Source: Botryllus schlosseri
Taxonomy: Eukaryota
Assembly (NCBI GenBank): GCA_051294905.1
Contig: CM119372.1
Span: forward strand, 992,001 to 1,056,000
Direction: 5' to 3'
Length of the DNA: 64,000 nt
A program made the translations under genes and the position numbers. Below, one piece after another: positions 58,362-64,000 of this stretch. The notes under the pieces are model-generated. The model made no database searches. It was not told the origin of the DNA and was given only the letters and a program-made list of their open reading frames with translations. Position 1 is the first letter of the stretch. Every line of letters starts with the position of its first letter.

Positions 58362-60499
58362 TTTACAGCTGAGGAAGAGCCTGAGAAAGGGAACAGCCAT
58401 CGCCAGGAATAAAGATTCTGGAATTAGGTTGTTGCTTCGACTATACCCGGGCCGAAGGGCTTGGACATGCGTCACGTGACAGTGATGGACGAGCAACACA
58501 CAAGTCTCTCAGGCAAACCCGACCGACTTGGACAATTAGGCTTGTATAGAGCCAAATGCTTGCAATCTGATCTTATCTGATTTGTTAAATGTTTCTATGA
58601 TCTAAATTTAATTCTAATCTAATTCCCGGTTTTCCTACACGAGAACTGTATCGCGCAAAACGAGACATTTTAAGCTCGTTGTGCAAACATTTGCGATTCT
58701 CATGCTTACAAGAATATACTGTGATTTGAAATAAACTTGACTTGATTTTTATTGTGTTTCTTTCTAATTAGGAATTGAATTCGATTTCAAAGTTTTTGCG
58801 AATTCAATAATTCCAATCTGATTTGGAAAAGCTGAAAATTTTCTTGTTCTGGCTCTGATCTCAAATACGCAACAATTATAAAATGCGTTCACTTAGAGTC
58901 CCTATTTCATTGTTGAAACGTAATTATGGTCACTTGCAGAACGATTCCATGCAGCAGCTCACATTATTACATTCCAATATAAGATAGCCAACATATGGTC
59001 GCAATTTTTTTCTGTAGATATCTCCGTGTCGTGTCTCGGTTATGATAAAACTTTCAAACGAAACTTTTCATTTTTATCGCATTCTTGTGGCGTTTCGAGA
59101 GGATGAAATATGAATGAACCTGAAACTGAAAATGACTTCATTGTGTCGCGAAATAGCTTTGATCGGATTAGCCTTCTTTGTTTGTTTTTGAGGTATTCAT
59201 GGTGTTTGTCGACTACTATGGGCATTTACACCAGGCCGATATTCTCCATTTCTATTCCGTAACTGCCGACTTATAGCACGGCCCACTTCTAGGCTTTTCG
59301 TGAGACAATGCTTACGCGGATGAGGTGGCGAGGAGGAGCCTAGATAAACCTCCAACACTTAGGTATCGGAATTCTGAATTCGGATTAGCCTTATTCAGTC
59401 AACGACGAAATGGTAACAATGCAACAAGATATCTCTCGTGTTTGGAACTGTCAAATTCATTGTAGGTCGATGGCAAAGCCGCTTATATTGGGAAACGAAA
59501 TTCGAATTTATGAAGAATCACCAGGGAAACACTTGAAACAAAATTCTGTTGACATCGATTTGAGACTTGATTCAGGCTGATTGCAATGTGCTGATTTCAA
59601 AAATGCCATCGGTTTTCTCCTATCACGTCAAGTTTTTGCTCACGTATGCCCACTTCTGTCCTCGTTAGGGCTACTGTTTTATCGGCTTATGACTGTATTC
59701 AGGCGAACGAATCATCTTAATATTGCCAAATCTACTATTTGCGAATAAAAAGGCCCTATGATCAGTCATATAATGCAATACTATCGTGTATATATATACG
59801 CTGGTTGATGAAGTGTTCAAATGAAAAATAACAGCATGGATTTTGAGGCATCTTGGGATCGAGGAATTTCCATGCAGCCCGCGAGCGACCTGAAGTGTTG
59901 CATCCTGCCCGCGACGTCAGTTGAGTCTGACATTCCCTGCTCTACAGCATTCACCCGAAATGTGCAGGTATCCTGATTTTTGGTGCATTTTTGTTCTCTT
60001 CACGATAGGAATGCACAGCCTAACATTAAAGTAAGTTGTATCGAGGGGTCAACTGAATAATTAAGCAAGGTAAGGCACATGTATCGAATTAGGTCGATGT
60101 TTAACGGCATTTTTAGTTGCAGGGTACTCTCGTCCAATCCACTCCAAATTTATATATGAATCATAAAATGGAATATATTTGCTTTACACTTTTAATGATG
60201 CACGCGGTATAGTATGCACCAGAGTTGGATAAATTCCATTAATTCAGTTTAATTACAATTACAATTATAATTACTGTTAAACATTTAATTGATTCGGTAG
60301 AGAGGTGCTATTTGACAACCGCAGCGACGTATAGTTAGCAACAATCACAAGCTATTCATGTTTCATTCATGATTCGAAGAATACCCTTTAATCAGAAAAA
60401 ACTCGAACATTTTTGAACTATTCCCAATCATAAGTACTGAAAATACAAACACAGAGATTTTTTAAGCAACTGCTAACAACCAAAAGTTTAAGCAACTTG

Positions 60500-61120
60500 G
60501 GCCCCAAAGGGGCCTGGCTGCCCATCCAATAAGTCGCTGCTGAAGAGATTCGGCGTCCTAAACATAGAAGATATGCGGAAACTAGAAATCGCCAAGTTTA
60601 TGTATCAGTTTCACTGCGGTCGTTGCCCCGAATACTTCAATGACTTCTTTACCTCTGAATCAAAAGCGCACAAGTACAACACACGCGCGTCCACGTCGTC
60701 CAAATATCATATGATCGACCGAAAAGATCATCGCTCCATCAAATATGCCGGACCTGATGTGTGGAACAGTATCCCGCCGGCCATCCGACAGTCGACGAGC
60801 ATGTCCACATTCAAGTCGAAATACAAGCAATTACTACTAAATAAATACAGTCCATCCTCTAGATTACCGGACCACGACTGACCTATCGATCTCGCTTCCC
60901 ATGACATGCCGCCCTATTTCTTGTCGCATTCTTTTTCTATACTATCTTCTTTACTTTCATTCAGTGTGCATGCCTCCTCTTTACATCGCCTAGGCCAAGG
61001 TGGGTGTCAGATTCCATAGACTACTCCTTGTCGCTTCGACATCTTCCTGTCTTTTCATTGTATCGCATTTTTGTGGTGTATTGAACTGATAAAATTGCTA
61101 ATAAACCAATGATGATGATG
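60500..61120 (+). mobile_element. 5'-truncated CR1/L2-group LINE: ORF2 C-terminus, 3'UTR, AATAAA and (ATG)n tail
   Basis: ...LLKRFGVLNIEDMRKLEIAKFMY...HKYNTR...YAGPDVWNSIPPAIRQSTSMSTFKSKYK matches the ORF2 C-terminal pattern of this LINE group. Candidate TSD AACTTG at 60494-60499 and 61121-61126. Confidence 0.85.
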
Positions 61121-62509
61121 AACTTGCTACGACTAACAACGAATAGGTTACAAGACAGGCAATGAAATGTAATCAAACGAAGTCACAGAGCTGAGTATAC
61201 GGCAAATGAAATGTAATTGGGAAGGCGTCAGTGATAAGGATGATATCGATAAGGTGTGTAAAATTAAAATAAATGCAAAAGGAAAGAAGCTCCTGATAAC
61301 TACAAATTACAAAATTTTGGTTCACATTTACAGTTTCACTTGCTCAAAAACTGTTGGATGGCATATATGATGAATATTAGGGTGCGAAAAGTTTCTGGCT
61401 CCAGTAAATTTGGCTATGATTGGAGTAAGATTGGGAGAACATCTCTTCAAATGCGTGATCAAGTTTGATGAGGCCTTGGTTTGAAAACTTGAATTTATTT
61501 TTGCAATTGTCGCAGCAAGCTTCGGTACTGGTCAAAGATTTAAAAACAACTTTGACCATGGTATAGGAAATCGCTAAACACAGGTTTCGCAAGAGTTTAT
61601 TTGCTGTTCATCCATTTTTGAAATATTAAGATTTGGGCTATATTGTAATTTGCTAAGTTTTCTGTTGCTTCTGAAGTCTGGGAAACAGTTTAGCATGGCT
61701 GAATTATCTAGTTAACGAGGCACACATAGTATACCTATGTAAATAAGCTTAAATATTTTATGTTGTGCTTGTCAAGTTTCAATAGCAATGTCATGTCATT
61801 GAAATTATAATTCACCAATATTTTTATCAAATTTCAATTACAATGACATGAAAAATTGTAATTAATACATTTAGCTCAATTACAAATTACAATTGATCCA
61901 ACTCTGGTAAACACTTAGGGTTGCATTTAAAACAAAAATCAATTTAAAACAAACATGTTTAAAACAAGGCCCTTGTTTAAATCATGTTTTTTATTGTTTT
62001 TAAGCCATGACATCATGAATATTTAATTGTGACGCCACAGTGGATAGGCATTGACAATTAAAAATACAGAGCGAAAATCGACGAAATGGGCTTCCGACCA
62101 CTGTCATCATAAACTAAGGTTACCATATTTTGGGAATCTGAAAAGAGGACACTTTTTCAAAATTTTCAGACTTACAATTCCGAGTTTGTAGTTTGTATCT
62201 CAATCTAAATTTTCAAAAAAGAGGACATTTGGGCGTCCTCCGAGGACACTCTAAAAAAAGAAAAAAAAGAGGACAAATCCTCCTAAAAGAGGACGTATGG
62301 CAACCCTATATAGACATACCAAAAATATATTTAAAATATCTTTAACTACAGCGCTATGCAGCATTTGACGGTCGGCGGTCATCATCATCAGAACACCCAT
62401 TCCGTACCAATGATCTATATATACGTGCTAAAACTGTCTAACTGACGACGATTTCGAGGGTTCCAGCCATAGATTCAAAAATGACCCACTTCATCACCTC
62501 TGGTCGTTA

Positions 62510-62906
62510 TATTAACACTGTTGCCCTACCCCGCCCAGACATTGCTTCATTGATCATTTCCTACTATCGTTTACTTTTTATTTTTGCTTTCCTTTTTTAA
62601 CTAACATATTTTACAGCCAGACTGATAGTAATATAGAGTCAAGTGTACCTCTTCGATGCGGGTGTGATCAAACTAGTTGACCCTCAAGGTCATATCGATC
62701 ACTCCTATCTGATACCGAATATTGTGCCGAATAGTGCGCCGTTAACTCTTGAAAAGATCCACCCGAAAAGTCTTCGAGTTTAATAAATTATATACTACAG
62801 TAGATGTTGTATTGAATAGTGTGCATGCATATTTTCTGTACCACCATCATTGCCGTCTGTTGTTTTGTATTTTGTTTGGATGAAAATAAAGACTGTCTCT
62901 CTCTCT
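62510..62906 (+). mobile_element. Retroelement 3' end with AATAAA and (TC)n tail
   Basis: A second copy lies in reverse orientation at ~18439-18750. Confidence 0.6.
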
Positions 62907-63789
62907 ATCATGAAGTGCACTTAAAATTGTAAGCAAAAATGGGGCGTTTTCGCAATTTACACATGGTATATTTGAGTAATAATAGCATGGGTGTAAATGA
63001 GCCAAATACACCCATACCATAAAAATACACCCCAAGCATTGGCATTTGGGGGTGAATAATCAGGCTGTCCGGCAAATATGAAGTTTAGGATTCAATCAGC
63101 GCTGACTGCCTCCCAAAAATTCGACTGTTGGATTTTTAAGTCTTTGTCGGTCAGAAGCCTGGATAAGCGGGCAGGGGTGTGTTAAAAATCCAGTCGAATT
63201 TTCGAAATCGCGCTATGTATCTTCGCGATGAATGTAAAGTTACTAATTGGATAAGACACTACTAATAATACAGAGAATCTTCGAAAATATATTCAGTTTT
63301 AAGTTGCTGTTACCAGACCTGGACAACTAGATAACGCTAGTTGTCCAATTATACGAATTAAAGTGAAATTCAATTCTAATTTGTGAAATCTTTCTGTGCT
63401 CTAATTTTAATTCTAATCTAATTTCTGCTACAGGAGAACTGTATAGTGAGAAACGAGCCAAGCTTGCTGTGCAGACAGTTGCTATTCTCACGATTCAAGT
63501 TTTCGCGAATTCGTAAATTGTAATTTTAATCTAACTTGGAAAATAACTTTTATCTATAATTCCTATTTAAATGTAATTTCGAAATACCTGCGTCGCTATC
63601 ATTGTAATTCTACTCTAATTTGAAAAAAACTTGTAGTTGTAATTTAATTCTAATATAATTTAAAAAAGGTGAAAATTTAGCTACGAGTATTTCTGCCTAT
63701 GCTGCCTTCGCAGGCAATGTCACTATCATAACCATCAGCGGGCGCTAAAGAGCCGCAAGACCTCAAACCCTCAAAACAGATTGTTGACG

Positions 63790-64000
63790 TTATATTTTTC
63801 GGAACTTCATCTCCGAGAAGTGCAGGGTGGACCTCATCCGCGTAATTCCTGTTCCGTCCCACCAAAATCCCTTGTCGCCTGTTTTGATGAAGTCTCCATT
63901 CAGGTTGCTGCGGGCGCACCACCAGCCTCCTTCGTAGAGAGAAGCGCAATGCGCTGACGAAGGATCGTGATCCGCGTCCTTCGTTGAGAATTGCCAATTG
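63790..64000 (-). CDS. C-terminal coding part of a fibrinogen-related domain (FReD; ficolin/angiopoietin/tenascin-like) protein, partial
   Basis: The frame from 63999 reads NWQFSTKDADHDPSSAHCASLYEGGWWCARSNLNGDFIKTGDKGFWWDGTGITRMRSTLHFSEMKFRKI*, with FSTxDxDxD, GGWW, SNLNG and SEMK motifs. This is a different frame from the listed 106-aa ORF. Confidence 0.93.
   Translation of the reverse strand, partial: NWQFSTKDADHDPSSAHCASLYEGGWWCARSNLNGDFIKTGDKGFWWDGTGITRMRSTLHFSEMKFRKI

Noticed and set aside
63677..63997. 106-aa ORF in the supplied track
   Set aside because: Wrong frame. The FReD motifs lie in another minus-strand frame (63999-63790).

Overview
AT-rich, intron-containing animal genomic DNA that is dense in repeats. 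It is probably from a marine invertebrate such as an ascidian, but that is inference only. Contents, left to right: (1) An 8.5-kb palindrome with two ~3.65-kb arms of ~99.7% identity (1-~3650 and ~4843-8491) and a ~1.2-kb spacer. It carries two convergent copies of a Bcl-2/Mcl-1-like gene, and in both the first BH2 Trp codon is TAG. (2) A possible decayed CARD remnant behind a GC-box/TATA promoter. (3) About 20 kb of repeats with no recognisable gene. (4) LIPT2 and a 5-exon AK6 on the minus strand. (5) A 7-exon secreted precursor of 274 aa that the ORF track mostly misses: signal peptide, 6-Cys module, Sushi/CCP domain, acidic spacer, RR site, then a second 6-Cys cationic module ending in Gly-stop. 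(6) The last coding exon of a fibrinogen-related (FReD) gene at the right edge. Interspersed repeats include TA-flanked fold-back MITEs, 8-bp-TSD hAT-type MITEs nested up to three deep, 5'-truncated CR1/L2-group LINE ends, a tRNA-headed SINE, and a dispersed family carrying minimal type I hammerhead ribozyme motifs. All gene models were assembled by eye and no database searches were run.
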